This document shows positions 30,703 through 44,500 of a DNA stretch of 64,000 bases, in pieces (position 1 is the first letter of the stretch; each line of letters starts with the position of its first letter). The stretch is from Amphiscolops sp. MND2022 (taxonomy: Eukaryota): contig OZ076409.1 in NCBI GenBank assembly GCA_964187785.1, forward strand, positions 50,966,001-51,030,000. Direction: 5' to 3'. The position numbers and the translations under genes are program-made. Under the pieces are notes generated by a model. It was not told the DNA's origin and made no database searches. It saw nothing but the letters and a program-made list of their open reading frames with translations.

Positions 30703-31995
30703 ATTGCGGACGATTGTGAACTCAACAAAGCAATAAGCGATCAAACAAATAAACCTTTGATAGGATGTGCGTCCCATCGGCTTGCACTTGCTGTCAACAC
30801 TTGCTGGAGAAATGGAAAATGGTATCATGAAAATTTTGGAAGGCCGAGAAAATGAGATGAAGATGACCGAAATAGTTCAATGTGGACGCTTGAAGATAGT
30901 GGAGGATGATGACTCGGATTCTGTCACTGAAGAGAATGGGGATGATTTCGCTCCAGCTGTGCTACAAAAACGGCGGAAGAGGGGCAGAGATTCAATTTAC
31001 ATGAATTGTCAGTTTTTGCAACCGACTTCGAATTTAATCGAGGATTGTTCAGTATGGCAGGTTACACTTATAGTGATTATCGACAACGAATTCCCCCCGA
31101 GCCTCTCGAAGAACAGTTTTTTCCGAAAGCCAACGCTCAATTCTGGAACATTGATACTGTTGTTGATGTGTTGAATGAGTGATCCTAATTTCAGTCTGAG
31201 ACATCTTGTTTTTTTCCCAATTAATTGCAATAATTGATTATATTGATTGGTTTGGTCTCCAAATATCAATTATTAATTGGTTAAATTTTTTCAGACCAAT
31301 TAATTGCAATGAAAAATTGCCCATCCCTGTCTGTGATCATCTTATACTGTATCAAAAAATTGTCCTTATTCCATTAGTGCTATATCAAATTTGATCATCA
31401 AAAAGCATAGAATCTGAATTGTTGTGTTGAGATATTTTGTCTCAACTCCGTAATAAATAGTTAATGTATTTAGGTCACTGTAATTACAGTGACGGTATTT
31501 TCACAATCTTCGCGATGACGATCAATTATATTCGGTTTCGACTGATTCTTGCAACATATGTTTTAAGACTTTGATAGTCAATGCAATTGATTCATAACAA
31601 CGTCTATTTTTCGCAGCAGCTGAGCTTCAAATACTAAAGAATCATCTTCAATACAAAATTTAGTCTATTGTGTCAGATTATTGAGAGAGAGAGAGAAAAG
31701 ACTTTATTCTCTTACGAGACTACCAAACATTTTTAACAAACACTTCTGCTGTATTTGCAAACATTACAAGAACAACAAATTGAATAGGAACATACATTAT
31801 CCATTTGAAAATTTTTCGCCAAAAGAAACTTTTTAAAGATTTTGATATTTTCAGTGTTAAACCCATCTACTATACTGTGGCGGAACAGATAATTAGCCAT
31901 TTCAGCAGATCTTATGTAGAAAGATTTCTGATGACTTAAGGTTGCGTAGCCACAATTTATTGCGTAGCCCAATATTGATGTTATCCTTTCAGAAC

Positions 31996-34900
31996 ATGGT
32001 TGTTAAAACATCTTTGGAAAGAAAAAGCACTGGGAAATTAGAAACCCTACTGGAAATTGAAGAGAAAATTCAGAAACAATGGATTGATTGCAAGATTTTT
32101 CAAATCGATGCTCCAAATGACGGCAGCAAAGAGCGAGAAAAGCCAAAGTATATGTGCACATTTCCATATCCTTACATGAATGGGGTTCTCCATCTTGGGC
32201 ATGCATTCACTGTTTCAAAATGCGAATTTGCTGCCGGCTTTGAGAGGCTTCTTGGAAAGAACGTTCTTTATCCTTTTGGATTTCACTGCACAGGAATGCC
32301 GATCAAAGCTTGCGCTGATAAGCTGGTCAAGGAAATGGAAATGTATGGCAATCCCCCTGTGTTTCCCCAAGTTGTAGCTGAAAAAGTGACCGAAAAGGAC
32401 ACAGAAGCGGCCATTGCAAATGTTGGCAAGGCGAAAAAGAGCAAAGTTGCAGCTAAAACTGGTGGTGTCAAATACCAGTGGCAAATAATGAAAGCAATTG
32501 GAATTCCCGAGCATGAAATTCCGAAATTTGCCGACGCCAGTTACTGGTTAAGCTATTTTCCACCAATAGCAATGCGCGATCTCACCAGAATGGGCTTGAA
32601 AACTGATTGGAGAAGGTTAGTCAAGTTGCTCCAGTTGTGAAAATTATTTTCATTTTTAATCAGGTTGTGGAGTTTGTATAGTATGAAGAGAATCACCGGC
32701 ATTTTGAATTCTACCTCAAAATTTTGACCCCAACATGGTACAAATTTACAACTAACTGCTAAGAAGTATCGCTTCCTAAAAAACTCAACGAATTTGAAAT
32801 GATATCGTTTTATATGTGTGTATTTGTCTTGTTATAGATTGCGTGAAATTGTGAAAATTCACGGGATCTTATGAATAATAGCCCCCAGACAGTCATATGG
32901 AAAATATCTATTTGCATGATGTCAGATTTGCCGCTTGTAACAAACTGAAAGTTTGAACTTTAGGCGATAGCGTCACAAATAAATTGCAACGAACCTTGAT
33001 TTTTTGTCATTGAATTCTGTTCAGGAAAAACATTTTTAGTTGTAACAATTGATTTTTTCAAAGTATCGTTCTATTTTTACTCGTGAAGTCAGCTTGCACT
33101 TTGGTTTTTGCATGATTATTTTTTTTAAATTATTTCGTTTATTTTAATTTCAGAATTTGGCTTTTTTTCGTAAAACACCAAATTGGCCTACCCCGATAAG
33201 CTGGAGAAACCTAATAGAGAAATTAATTGTCGTTTAGAAAATTGAGGTGTAACCGTGTTGTTTTGCTAGCTTCAATGTTTCAAAATGTTTAGGTCTTTCA
33301 TAACAACTGAGGTGAACCCGTACTATGACAGCTTTGTGCGATGGCAGTTCTTGAAGCTACAGGAAAAAGGAAAAATCAAGTTTGGTAAACGTTATACTGT
33401 CTTTTCTCCCAAAGATCAGCAACCATGCATGGACCACGACCGTCAAACTGGTGAAGGTGTTGGCCCACTGGAGTACACGTTGATCAAAATTGAAATTATT
33501 GATCCTGTTCCACAGATAGTTGAGAAAAAAGGATCTTCACAGAAAGTCTTTCTAGTTGCTGCAACTCTGAGACCCGAGACTATGTATGGACAAACCAACT
33601 GTTGGGTGCATCCTGATATCAAATACATCGCGTACGAAACAAAAACGAAAGAAATTTGGATTAGTACTGCTAGATCGGCTAGAAATATGGCGTATCAAGA
33701 GTTTTTCAAAAGTGTCCAAGTTGACAAAATCTGTGACATTAAAGGATCAGATATCATTGGAATGGCTATCAAAGCGCCTCTTGCTACATACTCGAAAGTT
33801 TATATCCTGCCAATGTTGACTATAAAAGAGGATAAAGGAACAGGTGTTGTTACAAGCGTGCCTTCCGACTCGCCTGACGATTATATGGCTCTGAATGATT
33901 TGAAGAAAAAAGCTGCGTTCAGACAGAAGTACAATTTGAGTGATGAGAAAGTGCTTCCGTTTGACCCTGTTCCTCTTATTGAAATCCCAGGATTTGGAGA
34001 CTTGGCAGCCGTGACATTGTGCGAGAAAATGAAGATCCAGTCTCAGAATGACAGTGAAAAGTTGGCCGAAGCTAAGAAAGAAGTATACATGAAAGGGTTC
34101 TACGAAGGTGTGATGAAAGTGGGCAAATATTCGGGCACCAGTGTGCAACAAGCGAAGAAACTTGTTCAACAACAAATGATGGATGAAAATTTAGCTGTGA
34201 AGTATATGGAATGTGAAAGCACTGTTATTTCACGTTCCAACGATATTTGCGTTGTTGCTCTGTGTGATCAATGGTATCTAGACTATGGAGAAGAAAAATG
34301 GAAAGAAAGAGTTCTCAAAGAATGTTTGCCTCAAGTGAATGTATATTCAAGTGAAGTTTATAACAATTTTGTCCAAACCCTGGATTGGCTGCAAGAACAT
34401 GCATGTTGTAGAACTTATGGTCTCGGCTCGAGGTTGCCTTGGGACGAAACATGGTTGATTGAATCACTGTCGGACTCGACAATCTATAATGCTTATTACG
34501 CAGTTGCTCACTTACTACAGAGTGACCTTCATGGTTCCAAATCCGGCCTTTTGAACATTGAACCTGAACAAATGACCACCGAAATCTGGGATTATATATT
34601 TTTGAAAGATGCTCCGTTTCCATCAAAAAGTAAAATTGAGAAAACTAAACTGGAGAAAATGAAGTCAGAGTTCCGATATTGGTACCCGGTAGACATGCGA
34701 GCATCTGGTAAAGATCTTATCCCGAATCACTTGACTTATTACCTGTACAACCATGTCGCAATTTGGGAAGATGAGCCGAACTTGTGGCCGAAAAGTATCC
34801 ATGCTAACGGTCATCTGTTGCTTAACAACGAAAAAATGTCGAAACAAACAGGAAACTTTCTGACGCTGAGTGAAAGCATCAAGAAGTTCTCGGCTGATGG

Positions 34901-36368
34901 TATGCGCTTGGCACTTGCCGATGCTGGAGATAATATTGAAGACGCAAACTTTTTGGAGAAGGTTAGCCGAAAAACAATAGCTCATGAAAATTTTCCTAAG
35001 CTAAAAATTGAAAAGATTAATAAAAAATGATGGTAAATTTTGCCCGTGAAAAATCTGTGGGTTTTGTGATTCCAGAATCTTTTTTCGTTGCAGGTAGCTG
35101 ACACGGCAATTTTGAGATTGTATACTTTCGTGGATTGGGTCAGAGAAGTTCTAGAAGACGAAGAAGATTACGGCCGAGAAGGAGCTTCAGATGAGCTTTT
35201 TTGTGATAAAGTCTTCACTGCTGAAATGGACAGTTTGATTGAACAAACCAAAGAACATTACGTGAAAATGAACTACAAAGATGCCTTGAGAACTTCTTTC
35301 TTTGAGTTCCAAGCCTGTAGAGACCGCTACAGAGAACTTAGTCTTGGCAAGTTGCATAAAGGTCTGATTCGCAAATTCATCAGAAACCAGGTACTAATTC
35401 TGTCACCTATCTGTCCTCACATTTGTGAATACATTTGGTCATTTATTGGTGAGCAAGGGTCAATTTTGAATGCTCTATGGCCCGAAGTTGGTGCTGTAGA
35501 TGAGACTATCATCAAAAGTTGTCAATATTTGCTTGACGCAGCTCACGATTTTCGTCTGTGGCATAACACTCAGTCAAACCCGAAGCCCGCCAAAGGTGAA
35601 AAGGGTGCTCCTCCGAAATTGACTTTGTCGCATGGAATTGTCCATGTGGCTGAGAGATACCCTGACTGGCAAGATCAAATTATCACTGCTTTGAAGGAAT
35701 TGTACGTTGGAAACAAAAATGAATTCCCACCTAACAATGTGATAGCCGATAAAGTCAAAAAGTTGGGACTGAATCAGCGCTACGTTAAGAAGAGTATGCC
35801 ATTTGCACAAAAAATCAAAACCGATGTCTTGACTATTGGATCCTCAGTTTTTGAACAATCAAGCTTGTTTTCGGAAATTGAAGTACTGAATGAAAACAAA
35901 GAATATCTGAAACAAACCCTGAACTTGGAAGATATTGAAATAATTGCCGCAAGAGATTCAAAACTGGAGAAAATCCGAGATGAATGCTGTCCTTTGAAAC
36001 CGATGGCTGACTTCTATACAGCCCCGAATGTAATGGTTGAGTTTGTCAACCCTCAGCCCTGTAGCGGATATTTTACCGCCAAACTTCCAATTTACGATGG
36101 GGATGACATGAAAAAGGTCAAACGCAGGTTGATGAGAATCTGCAAAATCAAAAATGAGTCATCCCTTGCTCTGTATCGATATGAAGACGCGGTAATGGGC
36201 CCCCTAACACTGCCTTCGTTCGATGAACCTTTGAAAGGAAAGCTGAAATGTGAGGAGGGAATTGTCTTTGCCCTGGATGTTGACAAGAATTCTGTAAATA
36301 TATCGAATGGTGACGGCGCCAAATATTGTATAAATAATTTGTTGGTCTATTGTGTTGATAACAATTGA
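31996..36368 (+). CDS. LARS1: Cytosolic leucyl-tRNA synthetase. Coding exons 31996-32615, 33293-34961, 35094-36368 (1187 aa)
   Basis: [13 protein letters not shown] (HIGH), DWRRSFITT restored across intron 1, ATLRPET and [16 protein letters not shown] editing domain, KMSKQ, metazoan-type C-terminal extension. GT-AG introns keep the frame. Confidence 0.97.
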
Positions 36369-36862
36369 TTTATCATGATTTTTGCTTCTATGCCGTAAAA
36401 TTGAAGTTTCAAATCAGGTCTTTATCGAGTTTATAGATGGAGGCTGTAATTGTGTGGAAGCTAGAAAAAGTACCATTCAAGGGCCAACAACTGCTCAAGG
36501 TTGTAGAATGAGAATTAGTCAGCTCGTTCTAATTGATTCTCAGAAAAATCCAGATGTAGAATATGATTAAAACACTAATTGATTAAAACAAACTTTTTTT
36601 CGCTGAATGTTGCTCTGATAACTCGGGACGGAGGACATCTCAATTCTTAATTAGCGTGTTTTCCATCAGATGGAAGTGAGCAAAAATCTCTCTCTTTTTC
36701 CCAAAAAGAGCGCACTATAGTAGTGACTTTTTTCTTTTCAAGACCGACGAACTAACAGATTTCATAAGTTTTATGAGCTGTTGCTCAGTAACTTGTAACT
36801 TCTACCGCGACTTGGCAGAGAAGTTAATCCGAATTTTTTCAGGTCTGAGAAGCTGAGGGACG

Positions 36863-38561
36863 TGGGTTTGAGTCTCGCAATTGACGAAATTTTTTTATGC
36901 TTGTCGTTTCGGCGTTGAGACCTTTTTCGTCTCCAAAGGTGCCCATTTTCAATTTTGACTATATTTTGCAACAAATAGGATTTTCAAAAAGCCCAAAAGT
37001 CCCCTTTGTACAATTTTCGGCGTTGTGAGATTTTTCAAAATGAATATTTTTCGCATTCGAATTTTGTTTTTTTTTTTCATGACCGACGTTTTTTTCTATG
37101 CGACGTTTGTAATCGAAGCCCCTCGATTTTTATTGGAAACAAAAAGTTTTGTAAGCATAGGAGACTCCTTAGGAGTTTCGGCATTATGCGATATTTTCCC
37201 TCAATTTTTCGTTTTTGAGAGGTTTTCGCATCGAAGCTTCAGGAAAAGCAAATCAAATCGAAGCTTCAGGAAAAGCATGGTTTTTTCATGTAAAACGTCT
37301 CCAACAATATTAGCACAATTTATGATTATTTTTATGAGATTAGTTTTATGATTCTTCTACAATCAGTTCTGTAGTCAAGCTGTGCATTGCTTTTGTACTA
37401 TGCGTGTTTTCTAGAAAAGAAACTAAGATTTTCCATTGGGCCTGATTGAAGTTCTGTATAAAATTGTTTCTGAAAGTCTTCAAAATGTATTCTGCATTCA
37501 TTTGAAATATATATTTCAAGAAAATTGCATATCTAGGCCCAAATGTATTATGATGCTATGAAAATTTGCTTCATGCTTGTCTATCGTAACATATGTTCAA
37601 TTTTTCGAATATTTTCCTCATCTTCGTCGGAATTGCCCGAGAACTCCTTCACTAAGTCGCCCTTGCCGATTCGAATGGCACCTCTTTCCTCCGATTCCAA
37701 CCGAGCTCGTAAAGGGTTTGAGTCTCGCAATTGACCAAATTTTTTTATGCTTGTTTCGGCGTTGAGACCTTTTTCGTCTCCAAAGGTGCCCATTTTCAAT
37801 TTTTACTATATTTTGCAACAAATAGGATTTTCAAAAAGCCCAAAAGTCCCCTTTGTACAATTTTCGGCGTTGTGAGATTTTTCAAAATGAATATTTTTCG
37901 CATTCGAATTTTGTTTTTTTTTCATGACCGACGTTTTTTTCTATGCGACGTTTGTAATCGAAGCCCCTCGATTTTTATTGGAAAGAAAAAGTTTTGTAAG
38001 CATAGGAGAGTCCTTAGGAGTTTCGGCATTATGCGATATTTTCCCTCAATTTTTCGTTTTTGAGAGGTTTTCGCATCGAAGCTTCAGGAAAAGCAAATCA
38101 AATCGAAGCTTCAGGAAAAGCATGGTTTTTTCATGTAAAACGTCTCCAACAATATTAGCACAATTTATGATTATTTTTATGATATTAGTTTTATGATTCT
38201 TCTACAATCAGTTCTGTAGTCAAGCTGTGCATTGCTTTTGTACTATGCGTGTTTTCTAGAAAAGAAACTAAGATTTTCCATTGGGCCTGATTGAAGTTCT
38301 GTATAAAATTGTTTCCGAAAGTCTTCAAAAATGTATTCTGCATTCATTTGAAATATATATTTCAAGAAAATTGCATATCTAGGCCCAAATGTATTATGAT
38401 GCTATGAAAATTCGCTTCATGCTTGTCTATCGTAACATATGTTCAATTTTTCGAATATTTTCCTCATCTTCTTCGTCGGAATCGCCCGAGAACTCCTTCA
38501 CTAAGTCGCCCTTGCCGATTCGAATGGCACCTCTTTCCTCCGATTCCAACCGAGCTCGTAA
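36863..38561. repeat. Tandem duplication, two ~850-bp units (36863-37713, 37714-38561)
   Basis: Both units begin gggtttgagtctcgcaattgac and end ccgagctcgtaaa. Few substitutions and indels. Confidence 0.92.
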
Positions 38562-41500
38562 AAGCTTCAAATTATCTGATTCCATGTCACCAATCTTCAT
38601 GTTCTCCATCAGAAATGCTCGATACACTCTCTGAATAATAAAATGATTGGTTGAAACCAGTGTGAAAATCTGTTCAGTAGAAACAATCTATTTTCACCCA
38701 AATTTTGAGAAAAGAAATGAAAATTGGAGAAAAATGCTGTGAAGGTATACAGCATCGTCAGTTCTTATTCGATATATCGCTTTTGCTATATTAGCCCGAG
38801 CATTCTGAAATCAAGTGAGTTTTGTCAGTGAGAAAATGTTAGTTCCTAAACAATCATCTTTAAAAAATATAAAAGTTATTGTAAGTCTTGTTCCTGTGTT
38901 AACATATATGGGTATTGTATACGCAAAAGTGTCGTCATTTTGAATGTTCTTGGAAACATTTTTAGTCGGCGCTTCATGAAGTGAAACGCGACTATTATAG
39001 TGACTTTCTTTTTTCAATCCACACGAACTGATCAAAAAAGTTCTAGAAGTTCTACAAAATATTATTGCACCAAATTGCACCATTTGGCCTAGTGAACTGA
39101 ACCAAAAAGGTTTTTTCTGTTTTCCCGCGTAACATACCATACCGGGCGAGACCAAATGGTCCCCCTTTCAATCTTTTTCGACACTGCGAGACTTTTTTTC
39201 GGAAAAATTTTTTGCCAAAAGGGTCCCCCTTCAATTTTTTTGCTGTTTTGCGACAGAATGGATGTTGAAAAATCCCAAAGGGTCCCCCCTTTCAGTTTTT
39301 CTGCATTGTGAGACTTTTAAAAATTTTTTTCTCTCCAAAGGGTCCCCCTTTCAATTTCTTTGATATTTTACAACAGAATGGGTGTTTAAAAATCCCGAAG
39401 GGTCCCCCGTTTCTGTTTTTCGGCACTGTCAGACTTTTTTCGAGAATTTGTTTTTCGCCAAAGGGTCCCCCCTTCAACTACGACGAAAACGTTGTCAATT
39501 TCAGAAGTGCCCCCTCGAGGCGCGCCACTCGGTCCACTTTTTTGGTTTCTCGATTTTCGAGTACTGTAAACTGACACTTGGAAGTCCTTTTGCTATTTTT
39601 GAGCCTTGGATACGGCGCCGACTTGGGCCGGTCCCGGCGTGTTCGACTTCATGTTAAACCACGGTGCATTGTTATTTTCCGCCCATATTTCATATGGGAA
39701 AGGAAAATACCTAAATGAAACGGTTTTTTTACAAAATTTGTCAAGCACCAAATTTATATTTAATTAAGGGTGTTACCCATAGAATTCAACTCACATAAAT
39801 TTAGCTTCCTGTGATTTGTATTTATGGAGATTTCTGGACATTTTTTAGCTGACCCCATAATGAGCCCAAAAAGAGAATTTGCAACAATTTCCAATTTTTT
39901 ACGTTTTAATGCATTATTTGTCGAGCTTTCGATAGAATTCGTGGATTAAAATGTTGAAAACGCTCAACATGGCACTAGTACGTTGTCCAGTAGGCTTTTC
40001 CGAAGAGTTTATTGCAGTTTTTGAAAAGAAAAATGTCTCAAATTGGCACCGAAAATGACAAAAAACCTTAAAAATTCTAATTTTCAATGTTTTCATGCAT
40101 TTTTGGTAAATTTTCCACAGACTTCGCGGATTGGAATGTTTAAAACGTTCATCAAGGTAAAAATTCGTTGTCCAGTAGTCTTTTATGAAAAGATAATTGC
40201 AGTTTTGTATGCAAAATGTCATTAACTGACACCGAATCTGACAAAACTTCGAAACATTTCCAATTTTCAAAATTTTCATGCATTTTTCCCAAATTTTTGA
40301 CAAACTTTGTGGATTGGAATGTTCTAAAGGGTTTAAAAAAGTTGGTTGTCCAGTAGTCTCTAATGAAGAGATAATTGCAATGTTCGGAATGAAAATGTCT
40401 CAAATTGACACAGAAAATGACAAAAAACCCAAAAATTCACAATTGTCAAAGATTTTATGCATTTTCCGAAATTTCGACAGACTTCATTATTCGGAACGTT
40501 GAATTGGGTCGAAGAGGAAAGAATATTTTGTCCAGTATGGTTAGAGAAAGACATAATTTCGAAATATTCCGGTTTTCACCATTTTGTTAAATTTTTGTTA
40601 AAATATCGATCGACTTCGTGGACTAAAACGTTTAAACGCCTAAGGTATGGGCGAAATTGTTGTTTGGGTGAGTTTTCCTCATTAGATAAGTTCAATTTGT
40701 GAAAAAAAATGCCAGAATTGTTCCTGAATTGTCGAAAAATTTGAAATTTTTGTCGCTTTTGATTCACTTTCTGTTCATTTTCCGAGAGTTTTCGTTCTAA
40801 GTTCCCATACAACCAACTCAATATCGAACGAACGAGCTATGCATTACAATTTTCGAAGAGAACATTGCAGTGTTCTGCTTCGAAAACACTTCAGAATGAC
40901 TCCAAACGGTCGAAAAATTTCAACATCTTCGTTTTTGTGCAACTTGTAGACTTTTTGAATCGTTTTGGAATCAGAATGATAGCAAACGTTCAACAAAGTC
41001 TGAACGCATAATCCATTAGGCTTTTAAAGAAATATTTGCAGACTTCGGTTGAAAAACGACTGAAAATTGACCGCAAAAAATATTTAAAAGGTTGAAATTC
41101 TTGTCGACATGACACTTTCAGTGAATTTTTATTGGACAAATTCGGTAAATAAAAGCTTCGAAAAGCTCCAGATGATAACACTAGATCAGAAGCACGTTTT
41201 TTAAAGAATTGCTTTTTTCTTGGTCCTCAGAGTGACCCAAAGATTCAAAAAATTGAGAATTTTCAATTTTTTAAACATTTTTAAGCAGTTTTTTGTTCAA
41301 CTTCCTTCCATAAAATGGTTTGAAAAACTCAACAATGACTAACCCGAGTATCTCCAGTACCCAGTTTTGAAGAAATAACTGCTTTTTTTTGTTGGAATTG
41401 GCCTCAAAAACACCCAAAAATTCTTGAAACAACAAAAAGCCACGTTCTTGAAAAACTAATCCAAATTTTTGTTCAAACCACGAAAGTTTTTGAAGAATAG

Positions 41501-44500
41501 AACTTCCAATGACCTGAACGTAAAAACAGAAAGGTATTCAAAACTCGATTGGGAAAAAAATGGGATGAAGTTCATCGAGTTTACAACAAAGGTGTCAACA
41601 TTCCCAATTTTTATTTTTGACCACATAGTCCCAATTTTGGACCCTTTCCAAAAATTTAGTTCCATCAGAAACACCATAGGCTCAGGATGAAACCTGTGGC
41701 TACCGGCAGTGTTTCGAAAAGATATCAGACAAGTTTATTTGCACATTCAAAAATTTTGCTTGAAAACGTAATTTTTGACCTCATTTGTCAAATATTTAAT
41801 ATTCAAAAACCTCCAAGCAAAATCACTAGATATGGAGTACACCTTCCAAAGGAAAATGGTTCGAACTATTTCGTAGGTTAGAATGTTGTAAACTTTCAAC
41901 AACAGCTAAACTCGGTGTCCAGTAGGCTTAATTTTGCAGAGACATCTGTAGATTCATGTTAAAAAACTTCCTCAAATTGACCCCAAAGTTGTCAAACCTA
42001 TTTCCAATTTTTGACACAACTGGTGAAACTATATGCAATAATTTAACAAACCGGGATCGCTCAACTTTCCAAAATTTACAAAGGACAAATTTACCATTTT
42101 CTCAGTGCCAAAAATTACCTCAAGAAGTACACCTGAGACTAGGAAACCACTTTTTGCTCAACGGGAATCACAAAAACTCCAATTTTTCCTTTTTTTCCGG
42201 TAAAATTCTATGATGGCGAAAGTGTTTCAGGTCTCAAAACTACCTTTCTCAAGCCGAAATCAGCTATGAAAGCACGGGGTACACTTTGGCCAAATAAAAG
42301 TTTCGGAAAGACGCACAGAGTCGAAAAACTGAAAGGGGGTAATTTCTACAATCAATAAGAAACCTCGCCAGTTCCATATGATCAAAAGAAACAAGGAAGT
42401 CACCCTCAAGACTCGGGAAACTTATTTTCTTTACAAAAAACCTCAGAAACTAAAAATTAAAAGTTTTCCGAAATGTCCAATATAAATTTTCTCCTTTCCG
42501 CCGTAAGTCGCAAAGTGACGAAAAAACGAAAAGTGGCCAGCTGTCGCAGAAATAATGAATTAGGGGTTTCCTTTAAAATGGGCTAAGATGAATCAAAGCT
42601 TTCTCATCTTCGAACTTCATTGCATTTTTATAGTGCATTGGCTATTTTTGAGCCTCAACTTTATGTAGTTGTAGAACAGTTTGGGGCGGAAAAATATCTC
42701 GCTGCTCAGCGGGCGTCTTGTTTTATATCCCTTCACACGACGTCATTAAATGAAAATTAGACGCGTTTCTTATATCAATTACTGTGAAAATCCTGGGTGA
42801 ATATTCTTGACAAAAACCATGCATTTTAAAGAAATTGTAAAAATTCGTGTTTCAACCTTGAGAAGGCTATTAATGGAGTTGATTTGAACGACATTCAACT
42901 GTACGCTCATTCGTTTGTTCACGTAATCCAATAACTGATCCACGATTGAATGGTACCAGTCCTGAAACAGAAATTTTTCCAGAGCACACATAAACACGCT
43001 ACGTATTTTAGTTTTCGACATGTATGGGCTAAATGTGATAGTTTCAAACCAACTGAAATTTAAGGTCATGGTTGGCACTTACTGCAAAGATTTCCTCAAT
43101 CAGAACATCATTTTTGACGTTTTCTCGAATCGCAGCTATGTTGTTGCGTACGAAGTCAATGTAAGGTGTTGAAATGTCATATTCGTCTGTTTGAACCTGA
43201 AACAGAAATGAAATACCAAATGATTTGTTCGGACGTTTGAATAATCTGAAAAAAAATTCATGATGAAAGTATACAGAAGAAAGAACAACACACAAAAAGG
43301 ATTCAGATTGGTTGAATGTCAACTATTTGAATAAAGTTTAGATTCCATCCGTATTCGATCATTTAAAAGGTACAGTACATCAACTTATGCGCTGAGCGTC
43401 GTTATCAACCAATTAAAACTGCTTATTTGCTCTTAATTCAATTTTGATCGGTGCATTAAGTGAATTCTCAGGCGCAGAAAGGAGCCTTCAGATATTCTGT
43501 TTTGAGCAGGTTTCGACAAAATTGTCTCAATTTCAGATTCTATGATTTCCGCAGGTTGTCTACAACCCAATGGTAAAATTTTTACTGATAAATTTTTTGA
43601 TGTCTTGAGAAAATTGAACCTGAAATTGCCCGCGGATGATTTTTGAATCACAGTACTGAAGTTGATGAGAGTAGATAAGGACTCACATCGGGATCTGTGG
43701 TTAGCCACTTAGTTAGCCAAAGAGGAGCAGTTTCAGTGATGGATAGCATCTTCTGTTGCTCCTGTTGGTGTTTCTGTTTCTCCTTGGCCTTGGCCTTGTT
43801 ACCGTCAGGCAAGTCTTCGTCCTTCTTGGACCCAACTGAGTTGGTCACTTTCTGAAACACGTGTTCCTTCGTTTAAACACAAATCAATTAATATGTGCGA
43901 TATAACCAACTGGAATGCTGGATTGGAAACGTTATTGACGGAATATGTTTCTGCGAATTGAAAACTTGAAAACGAAGCAAAAGGAACACTGCTAATTTAT
44001 TAGTTTCGTTATCATAGTACTTACTATAGACAATTGGTTGTGATGCTAACGGAGTAACGCTGGGAGACCTCCGTTGGCTTAACCTAAACCATTGCATTGG
44101 TGTATGGTTGTTGTATTTCTAAGCTAGGTTAAGATAAGAGAGAACGTTAAAAGATTATCTGTATTTTGTATATCTAGCTCGTACCAAAACTATACGATGA
44201 ATGTATACAAAATATAAATCTATAGTTTCAAGTTTGTTTGTAAACAACTTGTTGAGTGGTCTAGAATTCTAAAGATCAGTAGAGGTCATTCGGAATCAAC
44301 ACCGTATAACATTTCCTCCTCTCTCTCCGAGCTTCCTTTAGTTGAATGCCGACGTTCCGGGGAGATTGTTTCGTCGGGCTTGTGTGTGATCATTGGTCGA
44401 GGGGCTTCTTTGCGGGAGTTCCAGTTCGAACCTGTAACAAATTAAATATTGTTTATCCCCAAAAAGTTCCAGTATATGGTATGCAACCGTATCTATTCGG

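Larger units (their letters stand above)
29795..31329 (+). mobile_element. Internally deleted hAT DNA transposon
   Basis: TIRs CAGGGAAGGGCAAT / ATTGCCCATCCCTG and a perfect 8-bp TSD TCTGTGAT. Transposase remnants LIADDC, CASHRLALAV and PTSN...FS dimerisation-like motif. Confidence 0.92.

Noticed and set aside
37006..38196. Plus-strand F-rich ORFs in the tandem duplication and other short ORFs at 38.8-42.2 kb
   Set aside because: They lie in repeats, show low-complexity composition and have no recognisable motifs.
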